From contig JBHGNT010000016.1 of NCBI GenBank assembly GCA_043228905.1, forward strand, positions 14,446,001 through 14,510,000: DNA of 64,000 nt, read 5' to 3'. Position 1 is the stretch's first letter. Each line of letters begins with the position of its first letter. Positions 1 through 14,490 of the stretch are shown here, one piece after another. The notes below the pieces were generated by a model that had not been told where the DNA came from, ran no database searches, and worked only from the letters and a program-made list of their open reading frames with translations. This DNA comes from Azolla caroliniana. Taxonomy: Eukaryota > Plantae > Polypodiophyta. A program made the translations under genes and the position numbers.

Positions 1-650
1 CAACCCAAGATTCTTTATCATACCCACAAACGGAAATGAAAAGTTCAACAAACACGTATAGCACAATTATCAACCATATCACAAACAAAAATTAGAAAGT
101 CAAACCCATATGTGGTATTCCACTTAGAAACTAGATGTCACAAGTATTTTCTAAGTGAGGATTGATTGGGATTGTGGGAATAGAATTGGAATTTAGACCT
201 TGCAAACTAGAAGATTTCTTCATAGAATGATTTAAGGGGCAAGGTGAAGGCATCAAGACGGTTGTTGATTGTTCAATATTGTTGTCCTCTTGTTCTGTGT
301 GGGAAATGAATGGGGTCCTAATGAGCCAACATCTTCCATATTACGAAGCACTAGAAAGAGAGAGAAAGAATTCTAGACAAGGGGTATTCAATTCAATAAA
401 AAGAAAGATTATTTTCTATATTAAAGAGAAGGTATTACATTGGGGGTATCCCCCTAATTTCCCAAAAACCAGCCTGCCCTTCTCTATGAGCACAACCTAC
501 TTAAATACCCATGGACTCAACTACTTCACCACCAATTTCTCTAGCTACTTGACCACTAATTCCTCTAGTTACTTGACCACTAGTTTCTCTAGTTGATCCC
601 AACCAATCTTCCCCTAATTTCTCTACTTCTAACTACTCCCTAACATAACA
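1..650 (-). repeat. 3' LTR of the chromovirus (probably continues past the window edge)
   Basis: On the minus strand a PPT-like GTGGGAGAG (651-659) is followed directly by TGTTATG at 650. It contains ~24-bp tandem units around 520-600. Confidence 0.65.
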
Positions 651-3600
651 CTCTCCCACGAGGTGAAGAGTTTCGCCCTCCACACTAAAACACTAGTATA
701 ATAACATGACTTGCTAAGTCCATAAGTAAATAAAAGAAAAAAGGAATGAAGGACAATGGCAAAGGTGGTCTTACCATACTAATACAATAGGCAGTGTCTA
801 AAACCTTGCCATTGTAGCACTAATTAGAGCTAGGGTACCCGAACAAGAATGAGGGATCCGAACGAAACAAACTTTCTTTCAGAGATCCATGTGGCTTCCG
901 AAAGTGGTCGCCCTTTCAACTTGATCAAAAATTTCGTGTTTCCATTGCGCACTTGTTGTTTTAAGATTGCTTCAAGTTTTTCAGCTTCCTCACTTAGGTT
1001 AGTCTTCCGACTCCAATGTTTATCTGCATGAAATCTCTTAAGCAAACTTACATGAAATGTATCATGCACCTTGACAGAACTAGGCAATTTGAGTTTGTAA
1101 GTGACTCCATTAAAACTTTGTAGCACTTCATATGTCCCATAATAACGATGGTTAAATTTAGGTGAGAGTCATCCAGGTAAAGGCCAATGAACGGCACTAA
1201 CGAGGACCAAATCGCCTTTGAAAAATTCGATGTGTTGACATTTTTTGTTAGCTGCCCGAACCATTCGTTCCTTTGATTGTTGTAATCCTTGTTGTGCAAC
1301 TTGCATTGTTGCTTGCCAATCTGCTAGAAAAAGATCGACATCGGGCTCTTTAATTTTATCTCGAACAACATGAGAGACCAAAGCCAATGGAGTAAGAACT
1401 TGCTTCCTTGTAGCTAATTCAAAAGGAGAAAACCCAGTGGCAGAATGTTTAGAGGAGTTATAACAAAATTCCAACATATCAATATGATCCACCCAATCTT
1501 TTTTATCCTCCTGCACATAACAACGAATGTAGTCTTCAAGACTCTGATTTACCCTTTCCGTTTGGCCATCAGTTTGGGGATGAGCCGTCGAAGACATTTG
1601 AAGTTGTGTGCCCAGCAATTTGAATAGTTCTTGCCAAAATCGACTAGTAAAACGCAGATCACTATCGGATACGATAGCCGCATGCATGCCATGATATTTA
1701 AATATATGTTTGAAGAACAATTTGGCTACCTAGAGAGCTGTGAAGGGCGGTTTTGTTGGTACAAAGTGAGCTTGTTTAGAGAAATAGTCGATGACCACCA
1801 TGATCGCATTATAACCTCTTGACATGGGCAAGTCCACTATGAAATCCATACTCACCACATCCCATGGTTGAGCGGGTATTGGCATAGGTTGTAGTAATCC
1901 AAATGGTCGTCCACGCCAAGCTTTGACTTGTTGGCATGTCACACAAGATTGGACGTAGTCTTCTACATCCAACTCCATATGGGGCCAGAAAAAATGTTGT
2001 CGGATGTTGGTGAGTGTCCAATGAATACCACCATGCCCCGCCATCTTACAATCATGTGCTTCTTGCAAAATCAGTGCCTTAATTTCCCTTATATTAGTTA
2101 CAAACCACTTACCATGTACCATTAATAGACCTTGTTGCATTTCCATGTCGGAAATCAATTGTTGCGTGTAAGGATCATGTCGTTGAGCTATTCGAATGTC
2201 TTGTAGCAAAGAAGAATCAGAGATTACCAAAATGGTACAAGCATGAGGCATTCGACTTAAAACATTTGGCATAGTATTAAGAGCACCACCTTTATGGTTG
2301 ATGCAGAAATCAAATTCTGCCAAAAAATCTTGCCAATGAGCTTGTTTAGGGGACAACTTCGGTTGGGACTGAAAATACTGCAAGGATATGTTATATGTGA
2401 ATACTTTAGTAAATTTATCTTGGACATAATGACGCCATTTGCGTAAGGCATAGACGATGGCAATCATTTCTTTTTCATGAGTAGGCCACCTAACTTCAAT
2501 ATCTGAAAATTTCTTGGATTCATAAGCAACTGGATATCAACACAACACCATAAGCCACATCAGAAGCATCTGTATGGATTTCAAATGGTTTAGTAAAATC
2601 TGGTAACTTAAGCACTGGTTGTGAACGCACTACTTCTTTGAGTTTTTCGAAAGCATCTTGTTCTAGTGTTGTCCATTTAAAACCTATTTTAGCTTTAGTT
2701 AGGTTAGTTAGGGGGGCTGCAATCGCACTAAAATGCTTGATGAATTTACGCACATATTGCACAAAACCTACAAATTGTTGGACTTCTATGGTTTTAGTCG
2801 GGATTGGCCATCTTCGTACAACATCCACCTTGCTTGTATCCATGCGGAGGCCATGTTTCCCTACCCGGAAACCTAAGAAGTTAATATCTTGTACTGCAAA
2901 CTCACATTTTTCGGGGTTAGCATACAATTTGTTTTCTCGCAGTATATGTAACACCTTCTTAACATGTAACACGTGCTCTTCCAATGTTTTGCTATAGATG
3001 AGAAAATCATCTATGTATACGATGACAAACTCATCAAGAAAAGCACGAAATAGATCATTGCCCAAGCGGCTACAATCACATTTTTCGGGGTTAGCATACA
3101 ATTTGTTTTCTCGCAGTATATGTAACACCTTCTTAACATGTAACACGTGATCTTCCAATGTTTAGCTATAGGTGAGCAAATCATCTACGTATATGATGAC
3201 AAACTCATCAAGAAAAGCACAAAATAGATCATTGCTCAAGCGGTTAAATGTTCCTGGTGCACCGGTGAGCCCAAAACTCATAACCAGCCATTCATAACTG
3301 CCATACCTTGTCCGAAAAGCTGTTTTCTCAATGTCACCTTGAGCAACTCGGATTTGGTGGTATCCCGACCTCAAGTCGATGCGAGTAAAAAATTGTGCCC
3401 CTACCAATTGATCTAGTAAATTGTCAATGACTGGCAATGGATATTTACCTTTGATTGTTATCTTGTTGAGTGCTCGATACTCCATACACACTCGCATTGT
3501 TCCATCCTTTTTTGCAACAAATATAACGGGTGCCCCGTATGGCGAATTGTTCGGGCGAATGAAACCAGATGTCTCCAGCTCGATCAATTTCTTCTTTAAT

Positions 3601-5200
3601 TCTGCTAATTGAGATGCATTCAACTTGTATGGAGCTTTACCTGGTGGTGTGCTTCCCGGTAGTATGTTGATTTTGTGATCAATTGCTCTTTTAGGGGGTA
3701 GTCCAGGAGGTAACCTAGTTGTTAGCACATCATTAAATTCAGTTATTAGGTGTTGAATTACTGGATTACCTTTGTGTCCTTCCAATGTTGTATTTGCTTG
3801 ATGGTGGACAATGGTTGTACACAAAAATTAATTGCCCTCCTTTTTTAAGTGAACGATTAGCCACTTTGGCGCTACATAATGCTAAAGGAGGACTGGATTG
3901 CTTACTTGATTGCACTTGCTTATTTGTTGGGCGATGAAGACTTACCACCACCCCATTGTGTCCATCCAAATTGTCCAATAATACTTTGTCTATTCTCCTT
4001 CCGAAATGTGCGATAAGATACTTATCTCCTAATCCAATCCTAATATGACATCAAATCCTGTCATTGGAACTACTAGAAAATTTACCTTTCCTTTCCATGC
4101 TTCCGCTTCCATAGGAATATCCAACGCCCGGAATCCAACATTGGTTGAGCCTTGCGCAAAGCTTATGGATATGTCCTTTAATGGCATAGGTTTCAATCCA
4201 AATTTAGTGATGCACTCAGAAGTGATTAAGTTATGTGTTGCTCCACTATCAATCATAGCATTGCAAGCATGACCATTGATCTTGACTGCCAAGTACAAAT
4301 GATCAATGTGAGAGACACCCACAGCAAAACAAAGGGGCTTTACCTTTGCTTCCCCTGTCGTGACCTCCATTAACCCATCCTCCACCTCATCAAGAATGTT
4401 AAGAGGTTCATAGTTGTTGTGCAATCCCTCATCAAGATCCCTAACATTGGCTTGGGCCACCATGACTTTTGGTGATTTCCTTCGGGGACATTCAAATGCT
4501 AAGTGTGGACCGCCGCATTCAAAACAGCCCCTTCGAAGATTTGGGAGCCTTTCCCCATTTGATGTGGATGCCATGTTTTCCGTGCTCCATTACTATGCCC
4601 CCAATTATCTTGGGACATAGCATGTGATCTGTTGAAGAATCTTTGCCCTTGACTACTAAAATCGCATCTCATAGGGAAGTTGATGGACGATTTCATGGCT
4701 CGAAATGGCTATTGAAGCTCCTCAAAATCACCAATCCATTTAGCTAGTTGAACCGCCATCTCCAAATTCATCGGTTGTTGCTTTTCAATTTCCATCCTGA
4801 TTTTGGATCTTAAACCAAACAAAAAACCATGAATTTTAGTCACTTCATGAAAATGCGGGAGTTGAAGCATGAGTTGTCTATACTTGTCGACAAACTCCCC
4901 TCTCCTTGCCTTAATTTTCTCCATTCATATATCACATGCACATATGTGTATGCATGCGCTCAACTATTTTCTTTTCTAGCAAATGTTTTTTACCTATAGG
5001 TCTCCACCTCTCATCCTTGGAGGACTAAACATTCCCGATGTTCAATTCCCACAACCAACTTAGATGGTTGGCCCTTATCCAAGTTAACATGTTGATCACC
5101 TAACTGGATTGTAAGCGGACCATTTCGAGGCCTAAAACCCATCTTTTTTGTTTGGGCAATCTTTCAAGACATGGTCTATTTGCTTGCAATAGAAACAACA
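1..5200 (-). mobile_element. Decayed Ty3/gypsy chromovirus-type LTR retrotransposon, 5'-truncated
   Basis: Minus-strand ORF fragments in gypsy order: gag (4709-4924), CCHC knuckle plus protease AMIDSGATHN (4029-4574), RT with YVDD/YIDD (2520-3824), RNase H and integrase (1169-2467), chromodomain-like EAILKQQVRNGNTKFLIKLKGRPLSEATW (830-1126). Many stops and frameshifts. No matching 5' LTR seen. Confidence 0.9.
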
Positions 5201-5603
5201 ATACATTGTAAATTTAATGTCCCTCAACAACAATATGTCCCCTACTCAGACACAATAACATGATGGTACTCATACATAATAACACACCATCACTATGTTC
5301 CAAGATATAAGAGAAGGTGGTATGGAAGGCTCAATATGCAACACCCCTCAACAAAAATAACGTTTCTTGTTGATGTAGGATACAAAACATGTGGTGAGTA
5401 TGTTATTGAGAGACCATTGACAACATTAACGTATCATACGAGGTTAGAACAAAGATGCACAATATGTAGTAGGAACGTCGCACGCGGAAGGGTTCATAAT
5501 ATATTTAACATCCGATCCCAACAACGTCAACCATTTAAATAGAAAACCTCCCCATTGGTATGATGAATGATACGAGTGATTTGTGGAGAGGATACTCCCT
5601 TTC

Positions 5604-5870
5604 TTGAGTGTTTGGGGTGTGGTTGACAATGTGTGTGTCTGTGTGTGTGTGTGTGTTTATTTATTTATTTATGTGTAGGTATGTTTGTATGTATGTATGT
5701 GTGTATGTATGTGTGTGTGTATGTGTGTGTGCTTATTTCTATTTGCAATCAAATCATAATTAGGCTTGAGTGTTTGGGGTGTGGTTGACAATGTGTGTGT
5801 CTGTGTGTATGTATGTGTGTGTGTATGTGTGTGTGCTTATTTCTATTTGCAATCAAATCATAATTAGGCT
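5604..5870. repeat. (GT)/(GTAT) microsatellite inside a short tandem duplication
   Basis: cttgagtgtttggggtgtggttgacaatgtgtg...gcttatttctatttgcaatcaaatcataattaggctt occurs twice in tandem. Confidence 0.85.
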
Positions 5871-6057
5871 TGGTGAGGAAATTGTGGTCACGGACGGTGC
5901 AAGACACATTTCAAATGGCGCATGTGATCTACACCGTTTGATCTCTATCCACAAAATGTGTGGGCCTAAAACCCAACCCGGCTTTGACAAGCCTCTGTCA
6001 CATCTAACCTGGCTCTACCCATCAGATCTGTAATGTCTAACCCAGCTCTAACAAAAC

Positions 6058-9000
6058 TGTTGAGCGATAAGCTCAACCGGATCCAGATCGACTGAATAAG
6101 CCTGAGCCGGATCAGCATCCGGAAGGATGAGCCGGATTGGTAAGCCGGTGAGCAAGTGAGCTGGTGAGTTGGGGAGCCAGTTAACCAGATCCATCGGTAA
6201 CCGGAAGCCTAGTAGCAGCCTAGACTACTAGGTAGTTAATGTCTCATAGTTAGTGTCAGATGCCTGTGTGAGCATTGAAGTACACTGTACTTCTGTCAGT
6301 CCGTATGGACTTGTATAAAAGTGTTCACTAAACACATACGATGTACAGAGCATTACAGAGAACTATTATTGTTTTGTAATAGAATTTGAACGTTCTGCTC
6401 TTTCTCTGTCTCTCCCGCGTACTGTGTATATTCAAGCTCTCCATTAAACCTGCATTTCTGTTTTCGGTTTTCTATTGCTTCCGCACGCTATTCTTTTTAC
6501 ATGGTATCAAAGCGCGAGGGTTGAGAACCTCTGCAGCCGACATAGCTTGAAAGGAAAACCAACCAAGAAGAACAGGTAAAACCGATGGATAGAGGCATGG
6601 CTAGCTCGCTTCTGACGGAGAAGCGAGACAAAAACAGCTACACCTCTTGGTCCTACAAGATGCACCAGTACCTGCTCGGGCATGGTTACTGGAGCTATGT
6701 CGATGGAGCAAATGACACAGCACCTGATTCAACACACAAAGACTTCCCGGCTTGGGAATAATCGGCAAGCAGAGTTCTCTACTGCTTCGCGTCTTGTGTG
6801 GGCGAACAGCTTCTAGCTATATTCGGGATGCGAAAATGCCGAAGGATTCTTGGGGAAATCTGAAGAAGATTTTCGCCGTAGCACCACAACCAGGAAGCTT
6901 CAACTCCGACAAGAGCTGAGCTACTTACGACAATGCGACTTGTCGGTGGCTGATTACACCTCAAAGATCAAAGAGATATGCGACTCCTTAGCCTCTATCG
7001 ATGTGAACGTCGAGGAAGGCGAGATGGTGCAGATCTGTCTCAGGGGACTGGCGTCGACGTTCGGAGTGTTCCCAACTGCTGTGTGTACACGGGAGAATAC
7101 ACTGTCGTTTTTCAACCTACAGTCGATGCTCCTTATAGAGGAGAACCACGCGGGTGCGTCAACAAGTGCACCCACCGATAGCCGGATGTTGTACACGGAC
7201 GCGGATCGGCCCCGTGGGCGTGGTGGACGAGGTGGGTTGGCTCATAATCGAAGCGGCCGGCAAGAGCAGGACCGAAGGTACAGAGAACGTGCCGACAGCA
7301 GTTCCGAACCCTCCACCAGCAGGGGGAGTCAAGGCGGCGCCAGAGGCCGGCAAGCAAAGGCCGACACGGAATGCTGGTACTGTGGTAAAAAGGGCCACAG
7401 AGAAAGCGAGTGCTGGAAGAAGCGCACCGATTCAGATAAATCCGGATCCGGCAAGGCCGACAGAGAGAATCGGCAATACTCGCACTATGTAGAAGGATCA
7501 GGAAGATCCAAAACCGGAAAAGCCGATAAAGGGCCAGCCATGGTGATGAAACACGAGGCTAGCTCGATGAAGAAGACTACTTCCAAATCAGAGGAAGTAT
7601 GGTACATTGATTCTAGTGCGTCGAATCACATGACGAGCCACAAAGAGTGGTTCTCCTTTTTGGAGAAACCAGTACAACTGGGAGTCGTCGAAACCAGAGA
7701 CGACACTCCTCACCCAATCGTGCATGTCGAAGAAGTCCCTTTGAGCAACGTTGGACAGAGGGGGAAGCTGATGAACGTATTACACATTCCGACTATCACG
7801 AAGAACCTAGTGTCAGTCGGTCAAATCATTGACCAAGGGATGCAGGTGCGATTTACACACCTTGGGTGCTTCATCGAGGAAGAGGGCCAAATCATTGTGC
7901 AAGGGCGCAGAGACGGGAGGATGTTTATCCTCGATACCAATGACGTCGGCACCACTTTATTTTCCAAAGGATAGAAGATTGAATCAGATATTGATCTTTG
8001 GCACAAGTAGATCGACCACATCAATTACCAGAGGCTTAAGACCTGCAATCGAAACAAGTTGTTTTTGGTTTGCCGAAGTTTAGCAGCCGAAAGGCCAAAA
8101 TTTGTGAAGTTTGCCAATTTGGGAAGCAACACCGGCTTCCATTCCCCACCAAACAAAACCGTAGCCATAACAAGCTCGACCTTATTCATTCGAATGTATG
8201 GGGACCGGCACAAAACGTTAGTCTTGGCAGGAGTCCGTATTTCGTCTCCTTCATCGACGACTACAGCCAACACACGTGGATCTACCTCATTGAGTGGAAG
8301 AGCGAAGTCTTCAAGTGTTTCCGGAACCTGCAAAGCCTGGTTGAAAGGGAAACGGAGAGGAAGATCAAGTGCCTGTGGTCGGATGGCGGAAAAGAATATT
8401 TTTCTGGCCAATTCAAAAGTTATCTGCAGCAAAAAGGAATTTGGAGAGAGTTCAGTTGTAGATACACACCGGAGCAAAACGGTGTGGCCGAAAGGAAGAA
8501 CCGGTCGATTGTCGACACGGTAAGGGCAATGCTGGAGGAGAAGAGCATGCCCCATTTCTATTGGGCTGAGGCGGTCCGAACGGTCGTCTATATCCAAAAC
8601 CGGATTGGTGACAAGGTGTCCGCGCATGAGCTGTATTTCGAGCACAAGCCGAATTTGAGACACCTTCAGATATTCGGTAGCATTGCATATGTGCATGTGT
8701 CGGATGAGAAGCGGAGGAAGTTGGATGCAAAGTCGGGATGACCAGTCAAATGAGGAACCGACGAGTAGTCGAGACTCTGTCGTGCTCTCCTTGCGCAAGG
8801 AACCGAGGAGACGGTTCACGCGCAAAGAGAAGAGGAAGAAGAAGATGTCGGAATACGAAACCGGCAACGGTGACACGGATCGGAGCGGATCCGACTCCGG
8901 AAAGGAGGAAGGCGGATCTTCGGCAACGAAGACCAAACCGGCCAAAAAGGGCCTCAAACCGGGTAACGATAAGATACGCCGGTCTTCCCACCAGAAGAAC

Positions 9001-11637
9001 CCCGTGAATCGGTATGGGTACAATGAGTACATGGCGCATCACTATGCGTACATGACCAAGATGGCGGAAGTGCGTGAGCCGGAGAGCTACCTAGAAGCGG
9101 CAAAGGACGCAAATTGGCGTGCTGCTATGGAGGAAGAAATGCGGGCACTTGATGCCAATGACACATGGGACCTAGTCGACCCTCCCCGACATTGTAAACC
9201 GATCGGATGTAAGTGGGTGTACAAGGTAAAGTACAATGTTGACGGTTCGGTTAACCGGTACAAGGCCCGGTCAGTGGCGAAGGGATACGCGCAGACCTAC
9301 GGAATCAACTACAACGAGACCTTCGCTCCGATAGCGAAGATGACGACAATTCGTGTGGTGTTGGCGGTTGTTGCGACAAAGGGGTGGCATCTTCACCAGA
9401 TGGACATGAAGAATGTATTTCTTCAAGGCGATCTTGAAGAAGAGGTCTTTATGACCCAACCCCTTGATTTCCAGTCGGCGGTATGCCAGCTGAAGAAGTC
9501 ACTTTATGGCCTGAAGCAAGCACCCCGAGCTTGGAATGCGAAGATCACGCACCAGTTGCGTAAGATGGGGTTTGCAACCTCCAAGTCCGACTCTTCGTTG
9601 TTCATCTGGCAAGGTCCAGACGGTCTGGTTTGCATCTTACTATATGTTGATGATCTAGTCATCACCAAACCCGGACTCGATGAAATCAGCTGAGTCAAGT
9701 CCCAGCTGTCGGACGCATTTGAGATGAAGGACCTGGGGAACCTTCATTATTTCCTTGGGATCGAGGTGATCCGAACCCCCGACGGCATATTGCTCTCACA
9801 AAGACACTATGTCTTGAATATGTTGTACAAGTTTGGCATGATGGAATGCCGACCGATCTCCACACCCCTAGTCCGGAACCAAAAGCTTTGTCCCGACTCC
9901 GGACCGGCCTGCGATGAGAAGAGGTTCCGACAAATCGTCGGAAGCCTTATATATTTGACAATCACCCGACCCCAACATCAGTTATCCGGTCGGCGTGATC
10001 AGCCAGTATATGCAAAAGCCGACCGTGGAGCACCTTTTGTGCGCGCATAGAATTATGCAATATGTGAGCGGCACAAAGGACCGGAGACTATTATACCGGC
10101 ATGGTATAACCGAAGACCTAGTCCGCTACACCAATGCCGACTGGGCTAGCGATGCATCGGATCGCCGATCCACCTCCGGCTATATGTTTTCCCTTAGTAG
10201 CGCGGCTATTGCGTGGAGCAGCAAAAAGCAGCCAATAGTGGCCCTTTCGAGCACTGAGGCTGAATACCGGGGCACTACCATTACCACCTATGAAGCCATT
10301 TGGCTTCAACGACTGTTGCAAGACCTGCGTATCGAGGTACCAACCCCAATCCTGATCTACTGCGACAACATCAACAGCATGCAGCTCGCCAAGAACCTCG
10401 TATTCCATGCTCGCACAAAGCACATAAAGGTGCACTACCACTTCGTGCGTGAGTGTGTCCTGAGCGATGAAGTCGAACTTCGGTATGTTCATACGGATCG
10501 GCAAGTTGTCGACATCTTCACCAAACCGCTCGGATCGGACAAGTTGCAGCACTTCACTGAAATGCTTGGTGTTCAGCATCTCGACATGCCACACTTGAGA
10601 GGGAGAACGGGCAAAGGCAAAGAAACTGCTGATTGCGCCGGATGAGGAAGAACCGTCAAAGGGAGAGACAAGAAGAAGAAAGGAGCCGAGTCGACAAAGG
10701 AAGTTGACACATCCGAACAAGTCGGAGCAAGCGACAGCGGCGGCAGAGTCAAGAAGGACAGAGCCGACTGGAAGAAGAAGGCCAAGACCCAGACATGGTC
10801 CGATGTGGTGAAGGGCCTAGAACCGGAAGACGAATCGGGAGTGACCAATTCGGACAAGAGTTGGAACGAATCAGAGACAACTGATCCGGTTCAACAGACG
10901 GATTTAGAAGAACCGGATCATTTCAAGGCCAAGACTACGAGAATGCAGTGAAAGTCGACGCCAACATGAAGGAATCGGTGAATCGGCAAGCGTCGAAGTC
11001 ACAGCAACGAGGGAGCTGAATTGGGCCTGTTGAGCAGACAAGTCGACCGAGGTCGAGGTGCGCAGAACCAGAGGGTTCGCGGCAAACGGGACCGGACCGA
11101 ACAAGGAGCGCGAGCAAGGCGAAGTGACGCCAGAAGGAGCCGGGTGGAAGGACCGGCTGCCATGGAGACTGACACTACGATCCGACCTCAAGTTGAGCTT
11201 GAGGGGGAGTGTTGAGCGGCAAGCTCAACCGGATCCGGATCGGCTGAATAAGCCTAAGCCGGATCGACATCCGGAAGGATGAGCCGGATCGGTAAGCCGG
11301 TGAGCAAGTGAGCCGGTGCGCTGGGGAGCCGGTCAGCCGGATCCATCAGTAATCGGAAGCCTAGTAGTAGCCTAGACTACTAGGTAGTTAATGTCTCATA
11401 GTTAGTGTCAGACGCCTGTGTGAGCATTGAAGTACACCGTACTTCCGTCAATCTGTATGGACTTGTATAAAAGTGTTCACTAATCACATACGATGTACAG
11501 AGCATTACAAAGAACTATTATTGTTTTGTAACAGAATTTGAACGTTCTGCTCTTTCTCTGTGTATATTCAAGCTCTCCATTAATCCTGTGTTTCTGTTTT
11601 CGGTTTTCTATTGCTTCCGCACGCTATTCTTTTTACA
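6058..11637 (+). mobile_element. Full-length but decayed Ty1/copia LTR retrotransposon (Ale-like)
   Basis: LTRs 6058-6501 and 11210-11637 (TG...CA, visibly diverged); TSD AAAAC (6053-6057 and 11638-11642); PBS TGGTATCAAAGC (tRNA-iMet type) at 6502; PPT GAGGGGGAG at 11201. Gag-CCHC-protease (WYIDSSASNHM), integrase, RT (YVDD) and RNase H fragments with stops and frameshifts. About 270 bp are deleted near 8735 relative to the relative at 57-62 kb. Confidence 0.95.
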
Positions 11638-12759
11638 AAAACTCTGTCACACCTAACTTGAGCACCTAAACCTAACATGGGTACCTAAACCTAACCCAAG
11701 TACATGCACCTAACCCGACTAAAATTTCTAAAGAGACCATTTTTTGAAAACATCAAAAACTTTTTTTAAAAACAAAATTTCAAAGTTTTACATATAAAAA
11801 CTCACCAAAACTTTCATCCAACATTGAATTTAAACAAAACGTGAACAATTTTAGTCACCAAAATGGCCATACATGTTCAGAGATCAAAATCACAGAGTTG
11901 TATATTTACAAAATCCAAACACTACAAACCTAAAAAGCCACATGATGTAATGTAATAAAAAACTCAATGATCACATGTGGCTCTTGTTCAGAGCATGGCA
12001 AGATATACCCACAAGTTTTGTTGTAATTTGCATTGGAGTCATTTGAAATCAATGTCAAACCATCATGGCTCTTGTTCATAGCATGGAAAGATACACCGAC
12101 AATTTTTGCTGCAATTTGCATTAGAGTCATTTGAAGTCAATGTCAAACCATCATAATGCAAACACCGAACCTTCTAAGTCTCACATATTGGCAACTACCT
12201 CATTAAGATTACTAAAAAAGTTGATTGATAGATTGAAGGTCTGCCAAACATGGCCAGAAATTAGCTCTTCATTAATTTTGTAAAAGAATTTACAAGGTTA
12301 AGGTTTACAAAGGGCGAAACTACATGCCAGAAATTTACAATTTAATGAATACAAGTTGACTGATGATCACAAAAGTTTATGTCATTCCAATCTTTTTGTT
12401 GTTCCTATCTTGCTTGCGTAGATGGCTACTCGGTACTTACAGTTGCTTGACATGGATGGAGATTGGGGTGAAAGAAAACCTTGTGAGGAGAGGTACTATT
12501 CCGATTCGTTTATAAAAAAATGTGATAATGATTGAAGGTTCTAGTTTCAAGTGTTCTATTTTCTCACGGCAACAAAGTTTATGTACGAAGGATTATCAAA
12601 ACCAACAATTCAAGATGGATGGAGGCCCAAGACAATATGACATTCGGACCACGATTCCAAGAGTGTTGAAGATAGGGGAAGAGGAGGTAGCATTGTAAGG
12701 TAGTCAAAAATACTTTAGCAACTACCAACAGGAAAAGATAAATCAAGCATTTTTCAATG

Positions 12760-14490
12760 CTGACAAACCGAAGTCACCGGCGACGGAGCCAGTTCAGTCC
12801 GGGATGTGAACCGAACCGGATCGGGATGCGGACTGGGCCGGACCAACTAGATGCAAATCGGACGGATCGGTCGGGTCGGTTGATCGTGGTGCATGGTGTC
12901 TTAAAGATATTTGGTCCAAAAGCCTAATATAGTATTTTATGCATAAAAGAAAAAGATGTAAGCAAGACTCGAACTCAACACCTCCAAGATAAGAAGCAAT
13001 AGGCTTATCATTAAGCCAAACCATTTCTTTAGGGATTATATTTTTATCATTATAGCTTTATATGTAAATTCTTATGTGTGAGAGCTTAGATGATGACATG
13101 GCAAGCATGCATTACGTGCATTGCATGCATTTCGTGCATGTCTTGCACCCTCACATGCACCATATGCATGGGGGCATCTATAAAAGAGTGGAGGAATCAA
13201 GCAAAAGGGGGATTTTTATCAAGCAATATTTGTACTTTATATCAAAATTAATATTAAGAAGAAAATTTGTTATCCTTTTGATGATATACCTTGTTCTTCA
13301 AATCTAAAGTCAAGAGTTCAACCTTAATCTCTCTTTCTATTTCAATCGTTCTGAATCTATTTTAAAATTGGAATCTTAATCTCAATCTCTCTCTCCCAAT
13401 CTATCTTAAATACTTTTTCGCTAAACTAGTACAAACTTCAAATCCTTCCGGTCCAGGACCCCGGCGGTTCCGCCTCACGATCCGCACATAGTGACGGATC
13501 TTCACGACATAATTAAGTGGTGAACCCGACGTGAAAGAGGTGGCAGGAAGGATCAAATCAAGGATCAACCGATACTTGGAGATGGCATCCTCAAGCAACC
13601 AAGCAGGAGAGTTTGAAAGGATGATGCTAATCGCCGAACAAATGATGAGATCTCGAGACAACGATGCGAGCGTGGAGAAGGTTGTCGACCGTGTTGTTGA
13701 GCTCAAGGGTCAATTTGACAGAAGGAACATTACAAAGTTCCTTGATGCATATAGAAGGGAGATGAATCAAAGGGACGTGTCCGAAGCACGTCAAATCGCA
13801 AGCTTCAAGAGAGTTGTTGCCAAACAACATACAAAGACGTGTCATCGAGCTTCAAGAAGGCAAGACAACGTGGTCAAAGTTTGAAAGATCAATATTAGCG
13901 GAGTTTGCGACGGAAGATTTGTCGAGGATGACTTGACATACCTTGATGAGGTGGATAAAGAAGAAAAATAAGAAGATGTGCGCCTCGAGGGTGTACGACG
14001 AGTTCGACCAAATGTTTCGTTGTCTCCCCGCCATGGACCAAGTGCTACTTGAGGAAGACAAGACTTTGTACTTCTTGAAAGCTGTGGACATGAAGGATAG
14101 ACGAGAGTTGGGGACTCTCCATGATACCCAAGCGAACGGGCTTGTGGTAGACTGGGTTGCGGTGAAGCAAGCATGCAACAAGATCGACATGCGTCATCAA
14201 TGGCTCAATGATATTGACTTGGTAGGACCAAGCGTAGAAAAATCAAAACCATCTAAAGAAGTTGAGACACCTAAACAACGCATCCAACATGAAAAGAAGA
14301 TTGATGAAGACTCGAGGACGATGACGGCCATTTCAAAGGAGGACAAATGTTTCGGAACGTGCGTCGTGTTCGAAACATCGGATGATGAAGGAGCAAGCCT
14401 AATTGAAGCTTGCATCAATAAAGATAAGGAGAGCGAGGCTAGTGTAATTGAGGATCTAGCCGCTAAAGAAGACATCGAGGAGGTGACTTT
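12760..14490 (+). mobile_element. Truncated tRNA-Trp-primed Ty3/gypsy fragment (LTR, PBS, gag)
   Basis: LTR ends CACGACA at 13509; PBS TGGTGAACCCGACGTGAA at 13518-13535; gag fragments 13531-14300 are homologous to the gag at 18727. The left LTR boundary is approximate. Confidence 0.8.

Noticed and set aside
11660-11720. Interstitial telomere repeats
   Set aside because: Motifs are irregular (cctaaac/cctaac), not tandem CCCTAAA.
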